This document shows, in pieces, positions 41,217 to 51,564 of a stretch of 64,000 bases of DNA. The stretch lies in the sequence record SRR9188677_110; one strand, 5' to 3'. Under the pieces are notes generated by a model. It had not been told where the DNA came from. It did not search any database and saw only the letters and a list, made by a program, of their open reading frames with translations. A program made the position numbers and the translations under genes. Each line of letters starts with the position of its first letter. Within the stretch, counting starts at the first letter, position 1.

Positions 41217-42230
41217 CTACCACATCCGCATAGAGCTTAACACCTTGTAAGCATTGTTTAGTTGTATACCTAATACAATCTCATGGCTACCATAACTTAC
41301 TTTATTAAGTTGTGATGTGGTAAAATCATAAGAATAAGTAAGGTTTAATAGCTGACTAATATTTACTCCTGCCATGGCAGCATAAGAATCATTGTGCCTA
41401 TAACTGGCACCTAACCAAAACCTATCTTTTAGCGCCATTTTTAAATTAACATCTACTGAAACAGGGGCAGGATTAACATATTTAATCATAAATGAAGGAA
41501 CAACAGATATTTCTTCATCCAAATATAATTTATAACCAGCTGTTAAAAATACATGTGGAACTTCTTTACCTGAGTCATAAACGGCATCATTACTAAAACC
41601 TAATTTTTGCGGTAAAATTTGTTGTGCAGATGCACCAGCAAAAAATCTTGCCCCATACAACCAAACCCCTAAACCTAAATCTGGTTTAATTTGGCTTTCC
41701 ATTACATTGGTTAAAGCAGGATCGTTCGGATTCTCTAAGCTTAAAGCATTTACATCAAGTTTGATATTACTAATACCTGCAGCAACGCCAACAGAAAAGT
41801 TAAGTGTACCAGAGAGCTGTAAATGGTAAGCATAAGTTAAATTCGCATCCAATCTTGATATCGGCCCTGCCTTATCGTGTACTACTGTAACCCCCATGCC
41901 ATGATGGGCAGGAGAAGCGGTGTAATTCTGCATATAATTATCGCTCATCGGGTCATCCCCATTTTCTGGTAATGACAATGGGTTTTTCCACAAATAATCT
42001 TGTCCTAATTTCCAATGTGCAGATCCAAATGAAGTTTGTGGTGCATCATTTATACCTGTCCATTGTTTCCTAAACCCAAACTTTACATCTGTATAATTTT
42101 CTATTCCACTTAAAGCCGGATTTAATAAAAAGTTATTAAAAATATACTGCGTATACTGAGGCCGTTGCTGTCCGTAGGTTATCGTAACAACCATTAAAAA
42201 GAGCGCAAAAAGGTAAATCGTCTTTTTCAA
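41217..42230 (-). CDS. Type IX secretion system membrane protein, PorP/SprF family
   Basis: QQRPQYTQYIFN...NPA, RKQWTG, YSYD, GSHEI. Confidence 0.9.
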   Translation of the reverse strand: MKKTIYLFALFLMVVTITYGQQRPQYTQYIFNNFLLNPALSGIENYTDVKFGFRKQWTGINDAPQTSFGSAHWKLGQDYLWKNPLSLPENGDDPMSDNYMQNYTASPAHHGMGVTVVHDKAGPISRLDANLTYAYHLQLSGTLNFSVGVAAGISNIKLDVNALSLENPNDPALTNVMESQIKPDLGLGVWLYGARFFAGASAQQILPQKLGFSNDAVYDSGKEVPHVFLTAGYKLYLDEEISVVPSFMIKYVNPAPVSVDVNLKMALKDRFWLGASYRHNDSYAAMAGVNISQLLNLTYSYDFTTSQLNKVSYGSHEIVLGIQLNNAYKVLSSMRMW

Positions 42231-42234
42231 ATAC

Positions 42235-45200
42235 TTATCTTATTATTGTTAAAGCTCCAGTTATACTTTTCCTTCCACTATTAGGACTGATAATATAGTA
42301 ATAAGTTCCTACAGGTAAGGGATTATTGTTAAAATTTCCATCAAATGGTTTCGTATAGCCTTTGCTATAATAAATCCTATCACCATTCCTATTAAAAATT
42401 TCTACAGAAGCATTGGGATAAGTATCCAAATATTTAATGTTCCAAACATCATTTACCCCATCACCGTTAGGCGTAAAACTATTAGGCGCTTCTATATTTT
42501 GCAATACGTGCACAAATACTTGGCTTGTTACTACACATCCTTTTGAGGAAGTTACTGTCAATGTATACCTAACATCATTTAGCGGGCTAGCAACGGGGTT
42601 TAAAATATCGTCTTTATTTAAACCGGTAGATGGTGTCCATTTATAGCTAAAAATATCTCCACTAGCTGTAGCCTCTAACTTTTTCTCGCCACCTACCAAT
42701 ATGTATGTTTCTGCACCAGCATCTATTAAAGGTAAGGCATAAACTTCTATACTTCTTGTTACTTGATCAGTACAGCCAGCATTACTTGTAAAAGTGTAAG
42801 TGATATCGTGTAAACCAACCCCAGCAACTATAGGATTAAACAAGCCAGTTGGAGTTACACCCTTTCCATTAAATGTTCCGCTCCCTGGCACATTACTAGT
42901 TTCTCTAGCGGTTAGCTGTACACTTCCAGCGTTTAAACAAACTGATGTCAATGAATTAAAATTCACTGCTGGCGCAGCTAATAACGTCAATTGTTTAGTG
43001 ATTTCATTCGTACATATACCACCAGAATATACTACCATTTTAACATTAATTGTTTTAACCAATGGCGATGTAAATGGAGGATAATTGAAAGTATATGCTT
43101 TATTTGGCGTCGGTTCTTCATCTTCACCTTGCTTTACCTCATCAAAAAACCATTCTACTTTAGTAATATTTCCAAAATCAACTGTTGATTTATTTATCAA
43201 TATAATCGGCTTATTACTACAAATATTGTTTTCAAATTCGAAATTTGCTTTTGGAAATGATCCATTCACAACAAAAGGCTTTGTAATTGTCGTAGAACAA
43301 TCGTTGGCATTTTTAATCGTCAAGGTTACATTATAATTACCAGCTGCATTATATTTATGTGTACCATCTTTTACAGTAGAAGTGTTTAAAACACCACTCG
43401 TTGGATCGCCAAAATCCCACAAATATGTCAAGCCTACCGTACTAGTTCCGTCAAAATCTGTAGATTTATTAAAGAAAACTGCCTGTGCATCTGCCAAACA
43501 AATATCTGGCGTAACAAAATCAACTTTTGGCAAAGCATTCACTACTATTAGATTTTCTGAAACATCTGTGCATCCTTTATCAGTTTCTATAGTTAATTTT
43601 ACCAAATAAGATCCTGCAGTATTAAATTGATGAACTGGACTTTGCAAATTACTTATATTGCTCGTAGATGATGGATCATTAAAATCCCATGTCCATTTAA
43701 CAATATTACCTTCAGTTAATGTGGAATGGTCAGTAAATGCAATATCGCTTCCAGCACATTTAATAGCAGCAGCAGAAAATGCAGCTTTAGCTGTCTCGTT
43801 TACTAAAATTTCTGTTTCTACAACATCCGAAGAACAACCATTTTCTGCAGTAACATACAGCCTAACTTTATATGAACCCTTATCCTTAAATGCGTGTTTT
43901 GGATTTTTTTCGTTAGAAAAAGACCCATCGCCAAAGTCCCAATGCCATGCAGTGATATTTTTCCCAGCAACTTTAGCATTACTTTCGTCCATAAATTGAA
44001 CATCTACACCACTGCAGGATTTTAAAGGTGCACTAATCTTGGCCTCTGGTAATGGATCTACAGTAAAATTGAAAATAAGTTCAACTTCTTTTGTAAAGCA
44101 ACTTCCAGCAGCAGCCGACAATGTTGCATTAGCGATAACTTGTGCTGAACCAACTGTACTGAAGATTTTATTGACAGGAGCCGAATATGTATAAAGAATA
44201 GTGCTTGTACCACTTGCTATTCCTACTGGAGAGTTATCCTCGTAATCAGCTGTTCCATCATTAAATTTCCATACTATTTTTTCTAATTGATAAGGTAAAG
44301 TAAGCTTAAAATCAGCGGGTTGATTGACACAAGCTACAGCACTTTCAATACTAGATGTTTTATTTACAAACAACAAAAATTGAGTTGAGGCTAAATTTGT
44401 TCCAGCAGAATAGGCATAGGATTCGTGATCGCCAAAACCATAGGCCATCGCATTAAAACCATCATCAGCTGTAAGTGTTAAAGTAGACTCAGTTACCGCT
44501 ATTTGAATATAAGAATACAGCGGATTAGAAGGCATGATTGACCATACACCATTGGTTGGTAAAACTCCATTGATTTTAAATGTAGAAGCTTTATCAGTTT
44601 TCATAAAAACATTTAAATAACGTTCATCTATTCTATATTTTGATGATGAAAATAAAGTAATGTTTTTTATATTAAATTCTATCGGATTTAATAATACCAT
44701 TTCAGGATCACCTGTCAAGCTACCTCCTGATGGGGAAGAAAACTCTTGTGTAAATGAATATTCTGCCACGCTGATGAGCTTATCTGAAGAAACAATAGTT
44801 GGTGAAGATAAAGTACGTTCAATAAATTCACCTTTATTGATAGTACCAGCAACTGCACCATCGATATTTACTATAGTATTGTTTTCTTGAGCTAATACCC
44901 TTACGATATACCTCCTACTAATAAAGGGCACAACTCCATAGGTTTTACCCCAGCTATCAACCGAATAAAGTTGTTGAAGTAAAGGGTCTACCCCCCCAGT
45001 GGCACCCCCTATCCTTAAACCAGAACTACCAGAGAAAGCGGCAAACTTTTTACAACTTGAATTTGCAGCTGTTTCGACGTATGTGCCAGTTAAATCTTGG
45101 GATGACACTAAATACTCATAAACATCACCTTTATTAAGTCCTTTAATATCAAGAGTTGTCCCATCTTTTTTATGTAAAACTAGATCTGTATTATCTTCGC

Positions 45201-45684
45201 TCGCAATGAGTGCTAAAAAATTTTGGCCCTGATTATCCTGAGTATAATTCATGGAATAATATTTTTGGCCTAAGGCATCAACAGGTAAAATTAAAGTAGC
45301 TGCACTTCTAGCTGAAGCAAACACGTGGCTATAAGCTACAATTTTAGGTTTTCCTGGGGTTACTTTAATATGTATTGCTCTGTTTATAAGGTTTTTATTA
45401 CCATCTAATTCATCTATATAAGATTGGGGTCTGCTAACCAAAAAAGTAACCACTGTATTTGCAGGTACAACCTTAGTTTCAGTGGTATTTCCGCATGAAA
45501 CAGTAACCTCCGTATCATACCTAGAAGTTACATTAATGTTCATATCTGCAAGATTATTCCCATTAGGTCGATGCGTAGGGAACACAGTCCAGAATTCCAT
45601 ACCTTCGTTAGATATGTTTTGGGCTTTGGCAACAAAGTTAAATCCTGCAAAAAAGAGAAGCAAGACTATAAAATAATTTTTCAT
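42235..45684 (-). CDS. T9SS type-B CTD surface protein with IgGFc-binding-like N-terminus and multiple PKD repeats
   Basis: Signal peptide; WDFGD PKD motifs; C-terminal PNSFTPNGDGVND...IFNRNG...GTYYY. Confidence 0.88.
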   Translation of the reverse strand: MKNYFIVLLLFFAGFNFVAKAQNISNEGMEFWTVFPTHRPNGNNLADMNINVTSRYDTEVTVSCGNTTETKVVPANTVVTFLVSRPQSYIDELDGNKNLINRAIHIKVTPGKPKIVAYSHVFASARSAATLILPVDALGQKYYSMNYTQDNQGQNFLALIASEDNTDLVLHKKDGTTLDIKGLNKGDVYEYLVSSQDLTGTYVETAANSSCKKFAAFSGSSGLRIGGATGGVDPLLQQLYSVDSWGKTYGVVPFISRRYIVRVLAQENNTIVNIDGAVAGTINKGEFIERTLSSPTIVSSDKLISVAEYSFTQEFSSPSGGSLTGDPEMVLLNPIEFNIKNITLFSSSKYRIDERYLNVFMKTDKASTFKINGVLPTNGVWSIMPSNPLYSYIQIAVTESTLTLTADDGFNAMAYGFGDHESYAYSAGTNLASTQFLLFVNKTSSIESAVACVNQPADFKLTLPYQLEKIVWKFNDGTADYEDNSPVGIASGTSTILYTYSAPVNKIFSTVGSAQVIANATLSAAAGSCFTKEVELIFNFTVDPLPEAKISAPLKSCSGVDVQFMDESNAKVAGKNITAWHWDFGDGSFSNEKNPKHAFKDKGSYKVRLYVTAENGCSSDVVETEILVNETAKAAFSAAAIKCAGSDIAFTDHSTLTEGNIVKWTWDFNDPSSTSNISNLQSPVHQFNTAGSYLVKLTIETDKGCTDVSENLIVVNALPKVDFVTPDICLADAQAVFFNKSTDFDGTSTVGLTYLWDFGDPTSGVLNTSTVKDGTHKYNAAGNYNVTLTIKNANDCSTTITKPFVVNGSFPKANFEFENNICSNKPIILINKSTVDFGNITKVEWFFDEVKQGEDEEPTPNKAYTFNYPPFTSPLVKTINVKMVVYSGGICTNEITKQLTLLAAPAVNFNSLTSVCLNAGSVQLTARETSNVPGSGTFNGKGVTPTGLFNPIVAGVGLHDITYTFTSNAGCTDQVTRSIEVYALPLIDAGAETYILVGGEKKLEATASGDIFSYKWTPSTGLNKDDILNPVASPLNDVRYTLTVTSSKGCVVTSQVFVHVLQNIEAPNSFTPNGDGVNDVWNIKYLDTYPNASVEIFNRNGDRIYYSKGYTKPFDGNFNNNPLPVGTYYYIISPNSGRKSITGALTIIR

Positions 45685-45815
45685 TAATGAGCGTACTATA
45701 ATTTAGCTTACAATTATAACAAATTATAAACTTAGTACTAACTCCTTTAAAATAAAACAGATAAACTAAGTAAATATTAAAAAGATGTAATAAACTTTAC
45801 AACAAATTAGGTTGC

Positions 45816-46271
45816 TTAAGACAATAGATTTTGCCTCGCTATAAATTCTAATTGCCTATTTGCAACTAATAATTTCTCTGTAAGCTCTCTATTTTCTTTT
45901 CTGAGTGTATAAATTTCAATTGCCTTTTCAATATTAATCCTTAAATCTTCCTCCATCCAAGGCTTTTGAATATAACGGTAAACCTGACCTTTATTAATAG
46001 CATCAATTACAGCATCAATATCTGTATAACCAGTTAAAATCATACGTATAGGATCTGGGTGATCATTTAATATTGAAGCCAAAAACTCTACTCCTGTAGT
46101 TTTAGGCATGCGCTGATCCGTAATAATAATATGTATGTCTTCTTTATCTAAAATTTTTCTTCCTTCATCAGCAGACTCGGCCGTAAAAATTTTATATAAT
46201 CTACGGTAAGTAGCAGCAAAAGCACTTAAATTATGAGGTTCGTCGTCTACGTATAAAATATTTGTACTCAT
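45816..46271 (-). CDS. Response regulator: receiver domain plus short C-terminal coiled coil, no DNA-binding domain
   Basis: YVDDE, TDQRMP, LTGY, KPW; divergent from the ThiF-nitroreductase operon. Confidence 0.9.
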   Translation of the reverse strand: MSTNILYVDDEPHNLSAFAATYRRLYKIFTAESADEGRKILDKEDIHIIITDQRMPKTTGVEFLASILNDHPDPIRMILTGYTDIDAVIDAINKGQVYRYIQKPWMEEDLRINIEKAIEIYTLRKENRELTEKLLVANRQLEFIARQNLLS

Positions 46272-46387
46272 TATATCAAATTAAAAGTTAAAAATACTTT
46301 TTTATTATAACAGTTAAAAGACTATTTTTAGTTGTTTTAAAATTAGGTGTGTTTTTAACATCAATTCCATCAATTTAATTAAGAAAA

Positions 46388-48718
46388 ATGCAATCTAAGT
46401 CTATTGTAAATCCATTATTTACAACTTTAGTTTCTCAATCAAATCAGTATAAAAACGTTTATAAGCCAACTTTTTATCAGCTAGCTAACGTACAACAAAA
46501 AATTGCATTTGAAGAGCTTATAGCTACAAAAGTTAATTTAAAAATTTATGACACCATAAACGCTCAAGTTGAAGAGTTGATTAAATGCTTAAATCCAACG
46601 ATAGTATTTGCAGGAGAAAATGCATTGAAAGATGCTGTTGTAAATTATTTCGCAAATAAGCCTAGTGAAGAGATAGGTGTATGGGTTTATTATCCTTGGA
46701 ATGATAAAGTAGTACACCTTTTAAACGAACAAGATTTTGCGGTAGTTAGAACAAACAGAAATAAATATAAAATTACCGATGCAGAGCAAACTTTATTATC
46801 GCAAAAAAAGATTGGCGTAATGGGTTTGTCTGTAGGTCAATCAGTTTCATTAACATTAGCAATGGAACGCGGCTTTGGTGAATTGCGCATAGCTGATTTT
46901 GACGAACTTGACCTAAGTAACATTAACAGAATACGTACAGGGGTATTTAATATTGGCATTAAAAAAACTGTAATTGTAGCCAGAGAAATAGCCGAAATAG
47001 ATCCCTTTTTAAATGTAGTTTGTTTTGAAGAGGGAATTACTGCAGCTAATTTAGATACCTTTTTACAGGGGAATGGAAAATTAGATTTATTAATAGATGA
47101 ATGCGATAGTTTTGACATTAAAATAAATGCCCGTAAAAAAGCAAAAGAATTAGGGATCCCTGTATTAATGGAAGGTAGTGATAGAGGAACTATTGACATT
47201 GAGAGGTTTGACTTAGAGCCAAATAGACCTGTTTTACACGGAATGGTAGAACATTTAGATATGGACAAGTTTAAAGACTTGACAACTATGGATGATAGAA
47301 TCCCTTATATTACGGCAGTAACAGGAGTGGAGACTTTATCGCCAAGAATGAAGGCTTCTGCTATTGAGATTATGGCTACAATTTCTACTTGGCCACAACT
47401 GGCAAGTGCAGTAACTTACGGTGGTGGCATTACTGCTGATCTTTCTAGGAAAATTTTACTGAATAACCTAAGGGTATCTGGTAGATTTTTTATAGACATG
47501 GATGAGCTCATCAGCGATCCGAAACCTGAATCAAATGAAATAAAGCAAATCAAACCTGATAACGATTTAACAACTGCAGAACTGGAGGACTTTATAGCAA
47601 CCAACCGCTTAGCGTTTGACCATTGCGAATATCAACCAGATTTTGATGTATTAAATCACTTAATAGCTGCCGCAAATAAAGCTCCCTCTGGTGGCAACAG
47701 CCAACCGTGGCGCTGGCATTTCCAAAATGGATTGTTACACTTGTTCTTAGAAAAAAAAGCAGCACAAGCTTATTTAGATCCACAACAAATTTCCTCGTAC
47801 ATTTCCTTAGGCTCGGCCATAGAAAATTTACTCTTGGCTAGCGCTGTAAATGGATTGCATGTTAATTATCAATTAACTCCGCAGTTTGCCCCTACCCATA
47901 TTGCCTGGTTTAAATTTAGCCCAGGCAAAACTGCAAATACACAAGAAAACGAACTTGCTGCACAAATATCGCATAGGTATACCAATAGAAAAATTACCCC
48001 GAAACAAGAAATTGCTTCAGCAGAGCTAGATGAAATAAGGCAGCTTACCACACAAATAGAAGGTGTAAGGCTAACTTGGCTTACGGATACTGAAAAAATC
48101 AAAACTATTGCATCAATTGCAACGCAAACTGATTTACTCCGCATGTTTATTCCAGAGGCGCATGAAGACTTTATTACAAAAGAAATGCGATGGACATTGG
48201 ATGAGGTGGTTAACACAGAAGATGGCATTGGCATACATACTTTAGATTTAGGGAATAACGATCAAATTGGCATAAGACTACTAAAAGATAAAAGAACAGT
48301 AAAATTTTTACAGCAAATTAATGGTGGAAGTGCTTTTAAAAGACTTTCTATGCAACAATTTATGGCTTCATCTGCAGTGGGGTTAATAACAGCACCAAAG
48401 GGAACTATCGCGTCGTTTATAAATGCTGGTATAGCTGCACAAAGAATGTGGTTAGCAGCAACAGCTAAAAATCTTCAAATACATCCTATAAATGTTCCTA
48501 TCATTTTCTTTTACAAAAACACTGTTGAAAATAGTTTAGACGTTAGCCAAGAGGTAAAAAGCCAACTTAGCCAAGCTGAACAAACTTTTAATAACATATT
48601 TGATGTAAATGAAGATGAACAGCCAATGTTCATGTTTAGGATTTTTAAAGCTACAGCATCAACAGAAAGAACAATCAGAAAATCAATTACTAAAACTTTT
48701 TCCATTGGAAGAGCATAA
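46388..48718 (+). CDS. ThiF-family adenylyltransferase fused to a nitroreductase-like FMN domain (Rv1355c/MoeY-like; OxzB-like architecture)
   Basis: WVYYPW...RTNRN, IGVMGLSVG, LRIADFDELDLSNINR, DECD, DIERFD, WPQL (ThiF part); APSGGNSQPW and RYTNR (nitroreductase part). Confidence 0.85.
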   Translation: MQSKSIVNPLFTTLVSQSNQYKNVYKPTFYQLANVQQKIAFEELIATKVNLKIYDTINAQVEELIKCLNPTIVFAGENALKDAVVNYFANKPSEEIGVWVYYPWNDKVVHLLNEQDFAVVRTNRNKYKITDAEQTLLSQKKIGVMGLSVGQSVSLTLAMERGFGELRIADFDELDLSNINRIRTGVFNIGIKKTVIVAREIAEIDPFLNVVCFEEGITAANLDTFLQGNGKLDLLIDECDSFDIKINARKKAKELGIPVLMEGSDRGTIDIERFDLEPNRPVLHGMVEHLDMDKFKDLTTMDDRIPYITAVTGVETLSPRMKASAIEIMATISTWPQLASAVTYGGGITADLSRKILLNNLRVSGRFFIDMDELISDPKPESNEIKQIKPDNDLTTAELEDFIATNRLAFDHCEYQPDFDVLNHLIAAANKAPSGGNSQPWRWHFQNGLLHLFLEKKAAQAYLDPQQISSYISLGSAIENLLLASAVNGLHVNYQLTPQFAPTHIAWFKFSPGKTANTQENELAAQISHRYTNRKITPKQEIASAELDEIRQLTTQIEGVRLTWLTDTEKIKTIASIATQTDLLRMFIPEAHEDFITKEMRWTLDEVVNTEDGIGIHTLDLGNNDQIGIRLLKDKRTVKFLQQINGGSAFKRLSMQQFMASSAVGLITAPKGTIASFINAGIAAQRMWLAATAKNLQIHPINVPIIFFYKNTVENSLDVSQEVKSQLSQAEQTFNNIFDVNEDEQPMFMFRIFKATASTERTIRKSITKTFSIGRA

Positions 48719-49424
48719 ACCCATCATAGAGAACCTTTATTTTAAGGCCTTTAGAGCAGTAGAAGACCGTGCTGCCTGTATGAAATTTATAGAAGGACAC
48801 ACGCATGTTCTTGAAATATTTGGTATTACACAAATTACCTCTGCTAAAATAGATTGGGTACTTAATCCCGATGTATTTGTAATCATGGTATCAGCAGAGG
48901 AAGGCGGAAAAGCACTTGCTGGTGGCAGAATTCACAGGGCCAATAGAAAAAATCCTTTACCCGTAGAGGATGCTGTAGGTGAAATGGATGATAGGATATT
49001 CCAAATGGTTGAAGATAGAACTGATGCGGGAACTGGAGAACTATGCGGGCTTTGGAACTCTTGGGAAATTGCTGGCCTTGGTATTGGTAGCATGCAATTG
49101 AGTATTGCTTGTGTAGCATATGCTGGATTAATCAAACTAAATACTTTATTTGGTTTATGTGCACCAGCAACCTATAGAAACTCAATAAGAGGAGGATTTA
49201 GGGTGATATCAGAAATAGGTATCAATGGTAAATTTTACTATCCTAAAGAAGACTTAACAGCTACAGCTATTTTAATAGATGACCTAGAGAATTTACAGTT
49301 AACCTACGATGATGTGAGGCAAGAAATTATGGACCTGAGAAATAATACTAGACTGGTTAAACAAATTCCTTCCAAAACAGGAGAAATTATCAATTTACAT
49401 TTCGATTTAACCTTGCCGCAATAA
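48705..49424 (+). CDS. Hypothetical protein, putative GNAT/LuxI/FeeM-fold acyltransferase
   Basis: Likely TTG start at 48705 overlapping the upstream stop (ORF track starts at 48609). Motif order AGGRIH...LPVEDA...ELCGLW...GLGIG resembles acyltransferase strands; fold is inferred. Confidence 0.55.
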   Translation: MEEHKPIIENLYFKAFRAVEDRAACMKFIEGHTHVLEIFGITQITSAKIDWVLNPDVFVIMVSAEEGGKALAGGRIHRANRKNPLPVEDAVGEMDDRIFQMVEDRTDAGTGELCGLWNSWEIAGLGIGSMQLSIACVAYAGLIKLNTLFGLCAPATYRNSIRGGFRVISEIGINGKFYYPKEDLTATAILIDDLENLQLTYDDVRQEIMDLRNNTRLVKQIPSKTGEIINLHFDLTLPQ

Positions 49425-51556
49425 TGAAGAAATATTTATTTTTATTATTCACCATCCTCAGCTTCCTCATCCAATCAAAAAGTTTTGGATCAGCAAATCC
49501 TGAAATCAATTTAGCTAAGCAAGGATTTAATGTTTCGTACTATAGAGATAGCAAAGGCATTGTAAATTCAAATTTAGTTGCCAATTTACCTTTTACACCT
49601 ATTACATCAAACATCATTAATTTCGGAGCCGATCAATCATTTTACTGGATTAAGCTGGTAGCCACAAACCAACAATATGGTAAAGACCTTACTTTATGGA
49701 TTGATCAATCCAGACTATCTGTTGCAGAACTTTACTTCATAAATAGTAGCAAAAAAAAAGATACAATTCCTACTTATAACCCTTTCTCTTATATCAAATC
49801 AAAATTTACCCAAGGCAAAATTTTTAAGCTACCATCTAATATAGCCAAGGGCGATGTGCTATTTTTACGCTTAAGGGCAAAGGAAATTTTCCTAATCCCG
49901 TTAAGCGTAAGCAGCGAGGCCAATTTATTAGAATCATTCTCTATAAAAGGAATAGTTTTTGGATTTTATACGGGCATTATGGCCGTAATGTTCATCTATA
50001 ATCTATTTTTATTTATCATAATAAGAGATAAAAGTTACCTGTATTATATCTTTTATATTTTATTTACTTGGCTAACCCAAGTTTCCATCCAAGGTTATTC
50101 TGCTAAATATTTCTGGTCTTCAGATTCTTATCTTGACTTATACTCTGTAATTACCTTTTCCATATTAGCGCTTTTATCGGCAAGTTTATTTACCATATCT
50201 TTTTTAAACACTAAAGTATTCTCGAAGGTATCTCATCGTTTACTTCATGCGCTTTGCTATGCATCAATAATTAATATCGCAATCTTAATTATGTTTGGTA
50301 CAAATGTGGCCTTCATAGTGATGCAAATATTAACATTATTGGGTTCCATATTCGCATTATCAGCTGCATATTATGTTTACTTTAAAAAGCATTTTAAACC
50401 TGCTGGCTACTATTTGGTGGCATGGTCAGTCCTTTTATTAGGAGTGGTATTATTTATCATGAAAGATTATGGCTTAATCCCATACAACAACTTTACCATC
50501 TATTTATTACAAATTGCTTCAGCAATTGAGGTGATGCTTCTTTCCTTTGCCTTGGCCGATAAAATCAATTTCTTTAAAAAAGAAAACGAAGTTGCGCAGG
50601 CACAAGCACTTAATGCTTCTATCGAAAATCAAAAGCTGATCAGAGAACAAAACATTATCTTAGAACAGAAAGTTAAAGAGAGAACTGAGGAACTAGAAAG
50701 TGCAAATGCTACATTAAATGTTACACTAACCAACCTGAAAGATACACAATCTCAACTAGTTGACGCCGAAAAAATGGCAGCGCTTGGTCAGCTTACTGCT
50801 GGTATTGCACATGAGATAAATAATCCAATCAACTTTGTTACTTCTAACATTAAGCCATTGGAACTTGATATTAATGATCTTAAGGAAATCATTACCAGGT
50901 ATGAAGAGATAGATTTTGATAAGGACGTCAAACAACAGGTAGAAGAAATTGAAGCTTTCAAAAAACAAATTGATTTAGGTTTTGTAAATAATGAAATTTC
51001 ATCTCTATTATCTGGTATAAGTGAAGGTGCTAAACGTACTGCAGAGATCATCAGGAGCTTAAGAAACTTTAGCCGTGTTGATGAAACAGACATGAAACCA
51101 ATTGACTTAAATGAAGGTTTACAATCAACCCTAGTTTTAGTTAGAAACAACTTGCCAGATAACTTAACTGTTGTTAAAGAATTTGGCAATTTGCCTAAAG
51201 TAGACTGTTTGCCAGGTAAAATTAACCAAGTTTTCATGAACTTAGTTTCTAATGCCATACAAGCAATAAAATCTAAACAAGTACAGGCTGATGAAGAGTT
51301 CTTAACAATTAAAACTTGGTATGCAGATCAGCAAGTGAAAATAAGTATTGCAGATACGGGCATTGGTATGACTGAAGAAACCAAGCATAGAATTTTTGAA
51401 CCGTTTTTTACAACTAAAGATATTGGTGAGGGTACTGGCCTAGGATTATCAATTGTTTTTAGTATAATTGAAAAACATAAAGGTACAATAGAGGTAATTT
51501 CAGAATTTGGCAAAGGAACTGAATTCATCATCACTTTAAATATAAACGCACAATAA
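49424..51556 (+). CDS. 7TM-DISM sensor histidine kinase
   Basis: Signal peptide, periplasmic DISMED2-like domain (YWIKL), 7TM (YNLFLF...YLYY), coiled coil, GIAHEINNP, DTGIG, GTGLGL; TAATG overlap with upstream gene. Confidence 0.9.
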   Translation: MKKYLFLLFTILSFLIQSKSFGSANPEINLAKQGFNVSYYRDSKGIVNSNLVANLPFTPITSNIINFGADQSFYWIKLVATNQQYGKDLTLWIDQSRLSVAELYFINSSKKKDTIPTYNPFSYIKSKFTQGKIFKLPSNIAKGDVLFLRLRAKEIFLIPLSVSSEANLLESFSIKGIVFGFYTGIMAVMFIYNLFLFIIIRDKSYLYYIFYILFTWLTQVSIQGYSAKYFWSSDSYLDLYSVITFSILALLSASLFTISFLNTKVFSKVSHRLLHALCYASIINIAILIMFGTNVAFIVMQILTLLGSIFALSAAYYVYFKKHFKPAGYYLVAWSVLLLGVVLFIMKDYGLIPYNNFTIYLLQIASAIEVMLLSFALADKINFFKKENEVAQAQALNASIENQKLIREQNIILEQKVKERTEELESANATLNVTLTNLKDTQSQLVDAEKMAALGQLTAGIAHEINNPINFVTSNIKPLELDINDLKEIITRYEEIDFDKDVKQQVEEIEAFKKQIDLGFVNNEISSLLSGISEGAKRTAEIIRSLRNFSRVDETDMKPIDLNEGLQSTLVLVRNNLPDNLTVVKEFGNLPKVDCLPGKINQVFMNLVSNAIQAIKSKQVQADEEFLTIKTWYADQQVKISIADTGIGMTEETKHRIFEPFFTTKDIGEGTGLGLSIVFSIIEKHKGTIEVISEFGKGTEFIITLNINAQ

Positions 51557-51564
51557 ATAGCCTT

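Noticed and set aside
48609-48718. Programmed frameshift fusing the ThiF-nitroreductase with the next ORF
   Set aside because: The 110-bp overlap in the ORF track is more simply explained by a TTG start at 48705 (14-bp overlap); no convincing slippery site plus structure seen.
46388-48718. Molybdopterin/thiamine biosynthesis (MoeB/ThiF), ubiquitin-like E1 defence, or RiPP maturase
   Set aside because: No sulfur-carrier, E2/JAB, YcaO or precursor-peptide gene in the operon; the nitroreductase fusion and sensor context fit small-molecule synthesis better.
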